Shown here: positions 51,437 to 62,206 of the stretch, piece by piece | How positions within the stretch are numbered: position 1 is the stretch's first letter | How the letters are laid out: each line of letters begins with the position of its first letter | Origin: Leptonemataceae bacterium | GTDB taxonomy: Bacteria; Spirochaetota; Leptospiria; Leptospirales; Leptonemataceae | Reading direction: 5' to 3' | Assembly: GCA_965227295.1 (NCBI GenBank) | Contig: OZ245742.1 | Span: forward strand, 4,800,001 to 4,864,000 | Length of the DNA: 64,000 nt | Made by a program: the position numbers and the translations under genes | The notes under the pieces: generated by a model | Told to the model about the DNA's origin: nothing | Database searches by the model: none | The model's input: the letters and a program-made list of their open reading frames with translations, nothing else

Positions 51437-51711
51437 GCTGAGACAGGAGACACCGAGGGGGTGGCGGAGAACCGCGAGCACGCCGAAAGGGCTGCCCGGA
51501 GGGTGGCCCGGTCGCGCGCAGCGCGATTCGGCGTGCGTTCGCGTAGCGACGCGGGTCGGAGCCAGGGGGGCCCTGCCCCCCTCCTGAGAGCCTGCTCTCC
51601 TTTCCGGGACTCTCCAGTTTGCCTCTTTCCTCCGTCCCCGCCGCATTTTTTTGCAACAAATCCAGGGCCAGGGCGTTCGTATTACGCAAATCACTGAAAA
51701 GCGGATATTTC

Positions 51712-52692
51712 ATGCAAGTCACTGAAAGCACACAAGCACCGAAAAAACCCTGGTACGTGATCGTTCAAAACGAGCACGGCACCATCAGCCTGAGCGCGCT
51801 GCCGTTCCTGCTTCTGCAGGCGTCCGTGCTGCTCGTCCTCACCACGCACTTCTCGTGGGCCGGCCTCGGCCTCTGCCTCGTGTCGTGGATTGTACGCCAG
51901 TGGGGCATCACCGGCGGCTATCATCGTTATTTCTCCCACAAGACCTACAAAATGGGTCGGGTCATGCAGTTCATTGTCGCGTTCATCGGCGCGGCGTCCG
52001 TCCAGAAGGGACCGCTCTGGTGGGCCGCCCATCACCGGCAACACCACGCTCACAGCGATACCGAAAAGGATCTGCACACGCCGAAGAAGGGCTGGTGGCA
52101 CTCGCACTGGACCTGGTTCCTCTACGATGAAACCAAGGACTGCGACTATCAGAAGATCGTCGACTTCAGCAAGTATCCGGAACTGCGCTTCCTCGATAAC
52201 TGGTGGATCATTCCCGTGGTTTCCTGGGCCGTGGTCTGCTTCGCCTTCGGTTACTTCACCGGCACGGGCGCCTATCACATGCTCGTCTGGGGCTTCTTCG
52301 TTTCGACGTTCATTTTGCAGAACGCCACGTATATGATCAACTCCCTGGCGCACATCTGGGGCAAGCGTCGCTATCACACCGGCGATACGTCACGGAACAA
52401 CTGGGTCCTCGCGTTCTTCCTGCTCGGCGAAGGCTGGCACAATAATCACCACAAGTACCAGCAGGCCGCGCGCAACGGTTTCTACTGGTATGAGTACGAT
52501 TTCACCTTCTACGGCATCAAGCTTCTGAGCTGGCTCGGCCTCGCCTGGGATCTCAAACCGGTTCCGGAAAAGATTCTGGAAGAAGGCCGCCGCAACGATC
52601 GGGCCCGCAAGCTGGCGCGCCGCCGCGGCGAATCCTGGCTGCCGCCGGTGCCGGCGCCGCGGAGTGTAACTCCGGCTATGGCCGGGAAGTAA
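51712..52692 (+). CDS. acyl-CoA (delta-9 type) fatty acid desaturase
   Basis: His boxes HRYFSH, HRQHH and GEGWHNNHH. Confidence 0.93.
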   Translation: MQVTESTQAPKKPWYVIVQNEHGTISLSALPFLLLQASVLLVLTTHFSWAGLGLCLVSWIVRQWGITGGYHRYFSHKTYKMGRVMQFIVAFIGAASVQKGPLWWAAHHRQHHAHSDTEKDLHTPKKGWWHSHWTWFLYDETKDCDYQKIVDFSKYPELRFLDNWWIIPVVSWAVVCFAFGYFTGTGAYHMLVWGFFVSTFILQNATYMINSLAHIWGKRRYHTGDTSRNNWVLAFFLLGEGWHNNHHKYQQAARNGFYWYEYDFTFYGIKLLSWLGLAWDLKPVPEKILEEGRRNDRARKLARRRGESWLPPVPAPRSVTPAMAGK

Positions 52693-52712
52693 CATCCGTT
52701 AAGTTACAGTTA

Positions 52713-52759
52713 ACACAAAAACGCCTCGCTGCGAAGATCGTAGCGGGGCGTTTTTGTGT
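52713..52759. terminator. probable bidirectional intrinsic terminator
   Basis: acacaaaaacgcctcgctgcga...tcgtagcggggcgtttttgtgt hairpin with A/T tracts, between convergent genes. Confidence 0.75.
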
Positions 52760-52790
52760 ACGGAGGATGAAGTGGATGTGAGATTCTTTT

Positions 52791-52914
52791 GGGCGTCTGC
52801 CCGGCCGCGCCGCGGTTGCGGCCGGGCACCGCGCTTTCCGCGACTCCGCTTCGCTCCGGTCCGCGCTCCGCGCAGACTGGCCTGCGGCCATCGCTCCAAT
52901 CGCTGACGCGAAGA
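52791..52914 (+). ncRNA. Flavo-1-like structured element, copy 6
   Basis: Close relative of copy 3: gggcgtctgccc..gggcaccgcgct..atcgctgacgcgaaga. Confidence 0.6.
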
Positions 52915-52941
52915 ATAAACCTCTCGACCTCCCGGCGGGCT

Positions 52942-53913
52942 TCACCCCCGCCCGTGCGGGATGCTGAAGTCAATCTCCGGCCCCACCGGTACGATGCCCG
53001 TGGGATTCACCGACTCGTGGCTTTGGTAGTAGTGATCCTTGATGTGATCCAGGAACACCGTCTCCGCAACACCGGGCGTTTGATAGATGTCCCGCAAGAA
53101 CGGCCACAGGTTTTCGTAATCGACGATGCGACGAATGTTGCACTTGAAGTGCGAATAATAGACCGCGTCGAAACGCACCAGCGTCGTGAACATACAGACG
53201 TCCGCCTCGGTCATGCGGTCGCCGCACAGATAGCGCTGTTTGCCGAGCACGGCGTCCCAGTGGTCCAGGGCGTCGAAGAGTTCGCGCACGGCCTTTTCGT
53301 AGGCCTGCTGCGTGGTGGCGAAGCCGGAACGATACACGCCGTTGTTGATGGGTTCGTAAACGGCGTCCAGCGCCGCCTCGACGTCCGTCTTAAGATCGTC
53401 CGGGCATAAGTTAACGTCCGGATGCGCGGCAACGGCGTCGAACTCGTGATCCAGCATGCGAATGATTTCCCGGGACTCGTTGTTTACAATCGTGGATTGT
53501 TCTTTGTCCCACAGTACCGGGACCGTCACCCGTCCCGTAAACTTCGCATCCGCCGCTTTGTAGACCTCGCGCATGTACTCCGCGCCGTGGATGGGATCTT
53601 GCGTCGCTCCCGGGTATTCGTCGCCGGGGCCCGGGAAGTGCCAGCCCCCTTCTCCCATGTACGGATGCACCACCGACACGCCGATGACATTTTCCAGGCC
53701 TTTGAGTTGGCGCAGAATCAACGTGCGGTGCGCCCAGGGACAGGCGTAGGATACATACAGATGATAACGATCCTTCGCGGCGGGATGATCACCGGAGCCG
53801 TCGGCAGTAACGCTGTTGCGAAACGTGGTGGGCGGTCGAACGAACGCTCCATCGGTATCCTCGTTCTTACGCTTCGTGCGCCATTCTCCGTCGATCATCA
53901 TTCCCAGGGCCAT
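52942..53913 (-). CDS. glutathionyl-hydroquinone reductase (YqjG-like, Xi-class GST)
   Basis: RYHLYVSYACPWAHR, TVPVLWD, NNES and NNGVYRSGFA motifs. Confidence 0.93.
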   Translation of the reverse strand: MALGMMIDGEWRTKRKNEDTDGAFVRPPTTFRNSVTADGSGDHPAAKDRYHLYVSYACPWAHRTLILRQLKGLENVIGVSVVHPYMGEGGWHFPGPGDEYPGATQDPIHGAEYMREVYKAADAKFTGRVTVPVLWDKEQSTIVNNESREIIRMLDHEFDAVAAHPDVNLCPDDLKTDVEAALDAVYEPINNGVYRSGFATTQQAYEKAVRELFDALDHWDAVLGKQRYLCGDRMTEADVCMFTTLVRFDAVYYSHFKCNIRRIVDYENLWPFLRDIYQTPGVAETVFLDHIKDHYYQSHESVNPTGIVPVGPEIDFSIPHGRG

Positions 53914-54006
53914 AACTCATCTCTCCTTAACATTCTCTGTGTAAAAAATATTGACGACACGGCCCCGCGCCCGTTACAAAAGTCCTTCTCGCCGCGCACC
54001 GCATTC

Positions 54007-54345
54007 ATGGAAATCCTCGAAGAACACAAGCGGGATGCCGTCATCCTGCGACTCGTCGGCGATCTCGACATCTACGAGGCGCCGCTGCTCAAGGCGAAAC
54101 TCATGGTACTGCTCGGCGAAGATCCGGTGCCGGACCGTATCGTCCTCGTACTGAAACAGGTGAAGTACCTCGATAGCTCCGGTCTGGGGACCATCATCGA
54201 CGGACACCGGCGCTTCGCCCGCATTCACTCACGTCTCATTCTTTCCGACGTCCCCGCCAACATTCACGAAGTCTTCCGCTCCTCGCGCTTGCTGAGCTAC
54301 CTGAACATAGCGAAAAGCGAGAACGAGGCCCTCACCGTAAAGTAG
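54007..54345 (+). CDS. STAS-domain anti-sigma factor antagonist
   Basis: GDLDIYEAP and YLDSSGLG motifs. Confidence 0.9.
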   Translation: MEILEEHKRDAVILRLVGDLDIYEAPLLKAKLMVLLGEDPVPDRIVLVLKQVKYLDSSGLGTIIDGHRRFARIHSRLILSDVPANIHEVFRSSRLLSYLNIAKSENEALTVK

Positions 54346-54424
54346 CCGGGCTCACCGGCAACACACGACACGCACGCGAAAGAATTGCTGGTCGTGCCGG
54401 CGTGCGGGATGAGCATGGCCTTCC

Positions 54425-55066
54425 ATGCAACGAACTCTAACCAGATTTCTGCCTGGCCTGGCCGTCGCCGGAATGCTCTGCGTACTCGCGTGCGGGCCGG
54501 ACGCGCGGGCGGAAAGCGACGATGTCGGTCAACCATCGTCCGAACCATCTTCAACCACTCAGGAGGACAACATGCAAGAAGTTGCCGTAATGCAGACCCC
54601 GCACGGCGAAATCGTCATCAAATTCTTTCCGGACCTCGCGCCGAAGCATGTCGAGAGTTTTAAGAAACTCGCCAAAGACGGCTTCTACGACGGCACCGCC
54701 TTCCACCGGGTCATCCCCGGATTCATGATCCAGGGCGGGGATCCGAATTCCAAAAACGCCGATGCCCGGCACAGCCACGGTACGGGCGGCCCCGGCTACT
54801 CCATCCCGGCGGAATTTTCCGATCGCAAACACACCCGCGGCACTCTTTCCGCGGCACGCTCCCAGGATCCCAACAGCGCCGGCTCGCAGTTCTTTCTCTG
54901 CGTCGCCGATTCTCCCTGGCTCGACGGCCAGTACTCCATCTTCGGTGAGGTCGTCTCCGGCATGGAGGCGGCGGACAAAATCGTCGCCGAACCGCGCGAT
55001 GCCCGGGACAATCCGAACAATCGCATGGAAATCACGGTGCGCATCGAAGAACGCGAAGTGAACTGA
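54425..55066 (+). CDS. cyclophilin-type peptidyl-prolyl isomerase
   Basis: FYDGTAFHRVIPGFMIQGGDP, SAGSQFF and LDGQYSIFG motifs; alternative start at 54572. Confidence 0.93.
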   Translation: MQRTLTRFLPGLAVAGMLCVLACGPDARAESDDVGQPSSEPSSTTQEDNMQEVAVMQTPHGEIVIKFFPDLAPKHVESFKKLAKDGFYDGTAFHRVIPGFMIQGGDPNSKNADARHSHGTGGPGYSIPAEFSDRKHTRGTLSAARSQDPNSAGSQFFLCVADSPWLDGQYSIFGEVVSGMEAADKIVAEPRDARDNPNNRMEITVRIEEREVN

Positions 55067-55109
55067 GAAACGAAGCGCCGGGCGGCGGTCTTTCCCGTAT
55101 GTTAACAGC

Positions 55110-56561
55110 GTGAAGACCGTCGCCATCGCCGGCGCGGGCGGTTTCATCGGCCGCACGCTCATCGACAAAGCCCTGCGGGCTAAGTTCCACATCGTCGGGC
55201 TCAGTCGCAGCGCCCCGCCCGGCCACACCGACACCAGCGGCATTGAATGGCGCCGCTGCGACCTCTATTCCCTCCTCGATGCCGAAGCCGCGCTAGAGGG
55301 CGTGGACTACGCCGTGTATCTCGTGCACTCCATGCTGCCGAGCGCGCGGCTCATTCAGGGAAACTTCGCGGATACGGATCTGATCCTCGCCGACAATTTC
55401 GCCCGCGCGGCCCGCAAGAACAAACTGAAACACATCGTATATTTAGGCGGGATCATTCCGAACGAGGGCGAAGCCGAAGATGAAACGAAGTTAAGCGAAC
55501 ACCTGCGCTCGCGACTGGAAGTGGAACGCACGCTGGGCGGCCGCGGGACGCCCCTCACCGCGGTGCGCGCCGGTCTCGTGGTGGGTCCGGGCGGTTCCTC
55601 GTTTTCGATTCTGGAAAAACTGGTGCAACGCCTGCCCATGATGATCTGTCCGGCCTGGACGAACACGCGGTCCCAACCGGTGGCGCTGGAAGATGTGATC
55701 ACCGCCATCGATTACTGCATCGGCCGCAAAGCGAGCTACGGCCGCAGCCTGGATGTCGCCGGCCCGGACGTCCTCACGTACCGCGAAATGATGGAGATTA
55801 CCGCGAAGAGCATGGGACTCCGCCGGTTCTTGTTGACCGTGCCGTTCTTTTCACCGCGTCTTTCAAAACTCTGGGTCTCTTTGTTTTCCGGCGCTTCGAT
55901 GAACCTGGTCTCACCGCTCATCGAAAGCCTGAAGCACGAGATGGTGGCGCGCCCCGATCCTTTAACCGAAAAGATGCCGCTGAAACGAATCGGTTTTCGC
56001 GAGGCCGTGCAGGAATCGGTGCACGCACCGCAAAACAATCCGTCGCCGTTTCGCATCAAACGTCTGCTTCAGAATCGTTATCGCGTTACCAAGTTCGTGC
56101 GTTCTATTCAACGCCTGCCACGTCCGGCCGGTCGCGACGCGCTCTGGATTGCCAGGGAGTACGGACGCTGGCTCCCGCGATTCCTCTGGCCTTTTTTGCG
56201 CGTAACGACGAACGACAACGGGGACTGTGCGTTTTTTATTCGCGGCCTGCCGTTTTCGTTGCTGGAGCTGGAACTCTCGTCGGAACGCAGCAGCCCGGAC
56301 CGTCAGCTCTACTACATTACCGGCGGTATCCTGGCGGAACAAACCCGGCGCGGGCGTCTGGAATTTCGCATTGTGCCCGACGGCGAAAGCGTGCTTGCGG
56401 CCATCCACGACTTCGCTCCGGCTTTGCCGTGGTTCGTGTACAACTACACCCAGGCCCTGGTCCATCTTATGGTCATGCGCCACTTCGGCCGCCACCTGGA
56501 TAAACTGGACCGGCTCGCGGCCGTTACCGTGAAGAAAAGAGAGTATGTCGTGAAACAGTGA
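55110..56561 (+). CDS. NAD(P)-binding epimerase-like protein with C-terminal extension (YbjT-like)
   Basis: AGAGGFIG, YLVHSM and SEHLRSRLEVE motifs. Confidence 0.85.
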   Translation: MKTVAIAGAGGFIGRTLIDKALRAKFHIVGLSRSAPPGHTDTSGIEWRRCDLYSLLDAEAALEGVDYAVYLVHSMLPSARLIQGNFADTDLILADNFARAARKNKLKHIVYLGGIIPNEGEAEDETKLSEHLRSRLEVERTLGGRGTPLTAVRAGLVVGPGGSSFSILEKLVQRLPMMICPAWTNTRSQPVALEDVITAIDYCIGRKASYGRSLDVAGPDVLTYREMMEITAKSMGLRRFLLTVPFFSPRLSKLWVSLFSGASMNLVSPLIESLKHEMVARPDPLTEKMPLKRIGFREAVQESVHAPQNNPSPFRIKRLLQNRYRVTKFVRSIQRLPRPAGRDALWIAREYGRWLPRFLWPFLRVTTNDNGDCAFFIRGLPFSLLELELSSERSSPDRQLYYITGGILAEQTRRGRLEFRIVPDGESVLAAIHDFAPALPWFVYNYTQALVHLMVMRHFGRHLDKLDRLAAVTVKKREYVVKQ

Positions 56562-57917
56562 AGGGTCTTTTTTGGCTACGGCTCGCGGGAGTTGTGGAGT
56601 TTCGTTTTGTTAAGAACGCTTACTTCGACCCGGACGCTGGTTGTGCGACTCAGCTACGATAGCGATTCTTGCGGCAAAGACGCCGGGGACTTATGCTTTC
56701 CGCTGATGCGGAAAGCCGGCGGTTCAGAACTCTCGCTGAAGCGAGAATTCTGCCGGTGCGCCTTACCACATTCCCCGGCATGACCTCCGTGCGTCAGCTG
56801 GAACCAGTTGTACCCGAAAAGGGCTTAATTTACGTTGGCCGCTACTTACATCACGATTCGGGGCGTGTTCGAACGAATCAAACGTTTCCGGTAGTTCAAG
56901 AGCCGCGGTTCGTTCACGTTGCCGTGAGAAACAGAAGGTATGTTGCACAATGTTGAAGGGGTTGATTTCGCTACGGCTCGCGGGAGTTGTGGAATTTCGT
57001 TTTGTTAAGAACACTGCGTTCGACCCGGACGTCGGTTTGCGAGTCAGCTACCGCAGCGTTTCTTACGGCGAAGACGCCGTTCCGGTGCGCGCCCCACATA
57101 TCCCCGGCACAACCTCCGTGGTCGCCTGGAACCAGTTGTGACCATAAAAGTCTTAATCCAGATTGGCCTTAACTTACACCACGAGTCGGGGCGTGCTCGA
57201 ACAAATAAAAACGTTTCCGGTAGCTCAAGAGCTGTGTCTCGCGACGTTTGCCGTGAGACACACAAGGTAAGTTCCGCAATGGTGAAGGGATTGATTTGGC
57301 TACGGCTCTTCGGAGTTGTGGAGTTTCGTTTTACAAAGAACGTTTGCTTCGACCCGGACGTCGGTTTGCGAGTCAGCTACCGCAGCGTTTCTTACGGCGA
57401 AGACGCCGTTCCGGTGCGCGCCCCACATATCCCCGGCACAACCTCCGTGGTCGCCTGGAACCAGTTGTGACCATAAAAGTCTTAATCCAGATTGGCCTTA
57501 ACTTACACCACGAGTCGGGGCGTGCTCGAACAAATAAAAACGTTTCCGGTAGCTCAAGAGTCGCGGTTCGTAGCGGTTGCCGCGAGAAGCATGAAGTACA
57601 TTGCGCAACCGTGAAAGGCCTTTTTTGGCTACAGCGAAGCGGGAGTTGTGGTATGTCGTTTTGCTAAGAACGCGGCATTCGACCCGGACGCTGGTTTGCG
57701 ACTCAGCTACCGCCGGTGTCTCTTGCGGCGAAGACGCCGGGGACTTATGCTTTCCGCCGATGCGGAAAGCCGGCGGTTCAGAACTCTCGCTGAAGCGAGA
57801 ATTCTGCCGGTCCGCCTTACCACATTCCCCGGCATGACCTCCGCCAGTGGGGAACCAACTGCCGCGGCCCCAACAAGCGGGGCCTTGCCGACACCGGACG
57901 TTGGTTTGCGACTCAGC
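56523..57917 (+). repeat. tandem array D of the ~329-bp unit (about 3.7 units)
   Basis: Anchor at 56574, 56969, 57298 and 57627 (395 including an inserted module, then 329 and 329). Confidence 0.95.
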
Positions 57918-57932
57918 TTCCCCCGATGAAAC

Positions 57933-58715
57933 TCAGCGCGCGATCACTTCGCACCAGGCCTGGTGAAAGACGGCATCTTCCTGTCGCGCCCAACGTCGCA
58001 ATGCATCGGCGGAGCGCTTTAAATCATCCGGACTCGCGCCGACCGTTTGGCCGTCCGCCGTTTCGATGCCCCGCGCCAGATAGTCGGCAATGTAGGGCGT
58101 ACGCGCGTACGTTTCGTAACCGGCACCGGGACGAACATAAGCAAAACCCGCACGGCGGACGAGCACGTGCAGCGACTTGCCGCGGGACGTCGCGCCGCCG
58201 TTCGTATCCTGCATGTGCCGGTAGAGAGTGATCGCCCGCGCCGCACCGGCATCGAAGGGCGCCAGTAAAAAACCGTCCCAGTCCGGCAGACGCAAGGCCA
58301 ACACGCCGCCCGGCCGCAGGACACGGCGCAGTTCCCGCAGCGCGGCCTCGGGATCCGCAAGATGTTCGAAGAGCGCGTGGGAAAAGATCGCGTCGAAGGC
58401 GTCGTCCGGAAAAGGCAGGGCATAGACCGATGCGCATTGGGCGACGGCGTTTGCGATACCGCGTGCTTCGAAATACGCCCGGGCCGCGGCGACCTGCGAC
58501 GGTTCGAGGTCCACGGCCGTGAGTCTACCCGGCGCGCACCGCGGCGCAATCCCGGCACTGATCGTTCCCGGCCCGCAACCCGCGTCCAGCACGTCCATAC
58601 CCGGCAGCACGTGCGGTAAAAAAAACGCGGCGCAGGTAAACGCCGTTCGTTCGCCCATGAAGGCCACGGCGTGCTCTCCGTGGCCGGGGGTGTAGTATTC
58701 AGGTACTTGACGCAT
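57933..58715 (-). CDS. class I SAM-dependent methyltransferase
   Basis: VLDAGCGPG, LPFPDDAFD and RVLRPGG motifs. Confidence 0.9.
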   Translation of the reverse strand: MRQVPEYYTPGHGEHAVAFMGERTAFTCAAFFLPHVLPGMDVLDAGCGPGTISAGIAPRCAPGRLTAVDLEPSQVAAARAYFEARGIANAVAQCASVYALPFPDDAFDAIFSHALFEHLADPEAALRELRRVLRPGGVLALRLPDWDGFLLAPFDAGAARAITLYRHMQDTNGGATSRGKSLHVLVRRAGFAYVRPGAGYETYARTPYIADYLARGIETADGQTVGASPDDLKRSADALRRWARQEDAVFHQAWCEVIAR

Positions 58716-58777
58716 AATAGCTTAATGATCATACTGTCTATTATCGCGCAAGCCCGACGCGTCGCACTGAATGCCCT

Positions 58778-59458
58778 ATGAATCCCGTGTCCGATAATAG
58801 ACGGGCGTCTAAAAAGAACGTCGAAGACCGCCGCATCGTACGCACGCGGAACTTGCTGCACGAGGCGTTGATGGATCTCCTCGACGAAACGGACTACGAT
58901 CGCATCTCCGTCCGCGACATCGTGGAGCGCGCGGACGTGGCGCGACCCACGTTCTATCTGCACTTCCGGGACAAACACGAGCTCCTGTGGTCCTGCATGG
59001 AACACGAGTTCGATCGCCTGCGCGAACGCATGGGCCGGCTTTCCGGAGACAGCCTGCTCGTGGACGGTAAGCCCCTCACGTACATCCTCTTCGATCACGT
59101 GCAAAACAACGCGCCGTTCTACCGGACCATGATCAGCGAACGCGGGGCGGCGGAGTTCCTGGTCCGCTTCCTGAAGTACATGGCCCAGGCGTTTCACCAG
59201 AAACACGAGGCCCTGCGCAAACGCGCCACCCGCCGGGATCTGCCCCATGCCATGATGACGCATCATCTCGCCGGTTCGCTATTGGGGTTGATTCTCTGGT
59301 GGCTGGAGAACGATTGCCGGGAGCCCGCGGAAAACATGGCCCACGCCTTCACACGCCTGTGCGCCCCCGGGGTTCTGGGCGCCCTGGGCCTGGAAGATCT
59401 CCTGGGTGACGTGCCGCCCATCGCACAAACTTTTACCGAAGCAGAGTTAAAAGAATGA
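58778..59458 (+). CDS. TetR/AcrR family regulator
   Basis: DRRIVRTR..ISVRDIVERADVARPTFYLHF HTH. Confidence 0.92.
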   Translation: MNPVSDNRRASKKNVEDRRIVRTRNLLHEALMDLLDETDYDRISVRDIVERADVARPTFYLHFRDKHELLWSCMEHEFDRLRERMGRLSGDSLLVDGKPLTYILFDHVQNNAPFYRTMISERGAAEFLVRFLKYMAQAFHQKHEALRKRATRRDLPHAMMTHHLAGSLLGLILWWLENDCREPAENMAHAFTRLCAPGVLGALGLEDLLGDVPPIAQTFTEAELKE

Positions 59459-60171
59459 GTCTGATGTTCGAACGCCGGCGCTTCGCCTCGCTGGATTGCA
59501 TCTATCTTCCGGGAGACCCGTCCGCCGAACAGCGGCGACTCATGGTCATGCTCCACGGCTACGGCGCCAACGCCGCCGATCTTGCCGGCCTGGCAAAAGA
59601 ACTTCAGGGGCCGCCGGGTACACACTGGGTTTTTCCCGAAGGCATTTTGTTTCTCGGCGGGACTCGCGACATGCCGGCCCGGGCCTGGTGGCAAATCGAT
59701 CACGAGGCGCTGGAGCGGGCCATGGCCACCGGAGCGTATCGCGAAATGCGTTCGTTCGTGGTACCCGGAGAACCGCGCGAGGCGATCCGCGAACTTCTTG
59801 AGGCCTGTCACGCGGAGTTCGGCGTCGACTTTTCCGAAACCGTACTCGGCGGCTTCAGCCAGGGCGCCATGCTCGCCACGGACGTGAGCCTGCGTTCCGA
59901 AACTTCGCCCCGGGCCCTGCTCGTTCTATCCGGAACGCTGCTCGACGCGGAACACTGGCGGTTGCTGAGTGCGAATCACGCGGGGCTTCGATATTTCATG
60001 AGTCACGGCCGGGCCGATCCGCTGCTCGACTTTCAGCGCGCGCAGGATCTTAAACACATTTTCGATGCGGCCGGCCTGAACGGAGAGTGGCATGCCTTCG
60101 AAGGTGAACACGAAATTCCGGCATCGCTGCTCGGCCCCCTGCAGGAATTCTTAAACGAGCGGCTGGCATGA
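59455..60171 (+). CDS. phospholipase/carboxylesterase
   Basis: LHGYGA, GGFSQGA and HGRADP motifs. Confidence 0.9.
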   Translation: MSLMFERRRFASLDCIYLPGDPSAEQRRLMVMLHGYGANAADLAGLAKELQGPPGTHWVFPEGILFLGGTRDMPARAWWQIDHEALERAMATGAYREMRSFVVPGEPREAIRELLEACHAEFGVDFSETVLGGFSQGAMLATDVSLRSETSPRALLVLSGTLLDAEHWRLLSANHAGLRYFMSHGRADPLLDFQRAQDLKHIFDAAGLNGEWHAFEGEHEIPASLLGPLQEFLNERLA

Positions 60172-60695
60172 ACTCCTGGATTCTCTTAATATTCGGCGGC
60201 CTATTCTTAGTGACCCTGCTGCTTTTGCCCGTGGTGGTTCGGGAATGGTCTCCGAAGGCCGCGCCGAAGAAGCAGCGCCGTATCTCCGAACGTAGAAAAT
60301 CGGGACCGACCAAAGCGGAAAAACCCGCCGCCCTTCCCCGGGCCGCCGGAGATCGGGTGGCACTGCCGGAGTTGCGCTTTGCCGTGAACTCTCCCCGCCT
60401 GGATCCGGAGTCCTCGGAACAACTGGCGCCCCTGGCCGGTTCGCTGAAAGAAGACCCGGCCATGCGCATTCGCATTGAAGGGCATACGGACGACTTCGGC
60501 TCGCCGGAGGCGAACCTGTGGCTCTCGGAGCGCCGGGCCGAGGCCGTGCGGGATATGCTCATCGAAGTATTTTCGATTGAAGCGCAGCGCATTACGGCCG
60601 TGGGTTTCGGGGCGACGCAGCCTGTACTGCCCAATACCAGCCCCGAGGCGCGCGCCCGGAATCGTCGGGTGGAAATCGTCCGCCTGGACGGTTAG
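60168..60695 (+). CDS. OmpA/MotB C-terminal domain protein
   Basis: IEGHTD, NLWLSERRAEAV and NRRVEI motifs; N-terminal TM helix. Confidence 0.88.
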   Translation: MNSWILLIFGGLFLVTLLLLPVVVREWSPKAAPKKQRRISERRKSGPTKAEKPAALPRAAGDRVALPELRFAVNSPRLDPESSEQLAPLAGSLKEDPAMRIRIEGHTDDFGSPEANLWLSERRAEAVRDMLIEVFSIEAQRITAVGFGATQPVLPNTSPEARARNRRVEIVRLDG

Positions 60696-60720
60696 GACTG
60701 CAAATACGGAGTAACTTACG

Positions 60721-62187
<1,467 letters not shown>

Positions 62188-62206
62188 CAATGACCGACGC
62201 ACCGGG

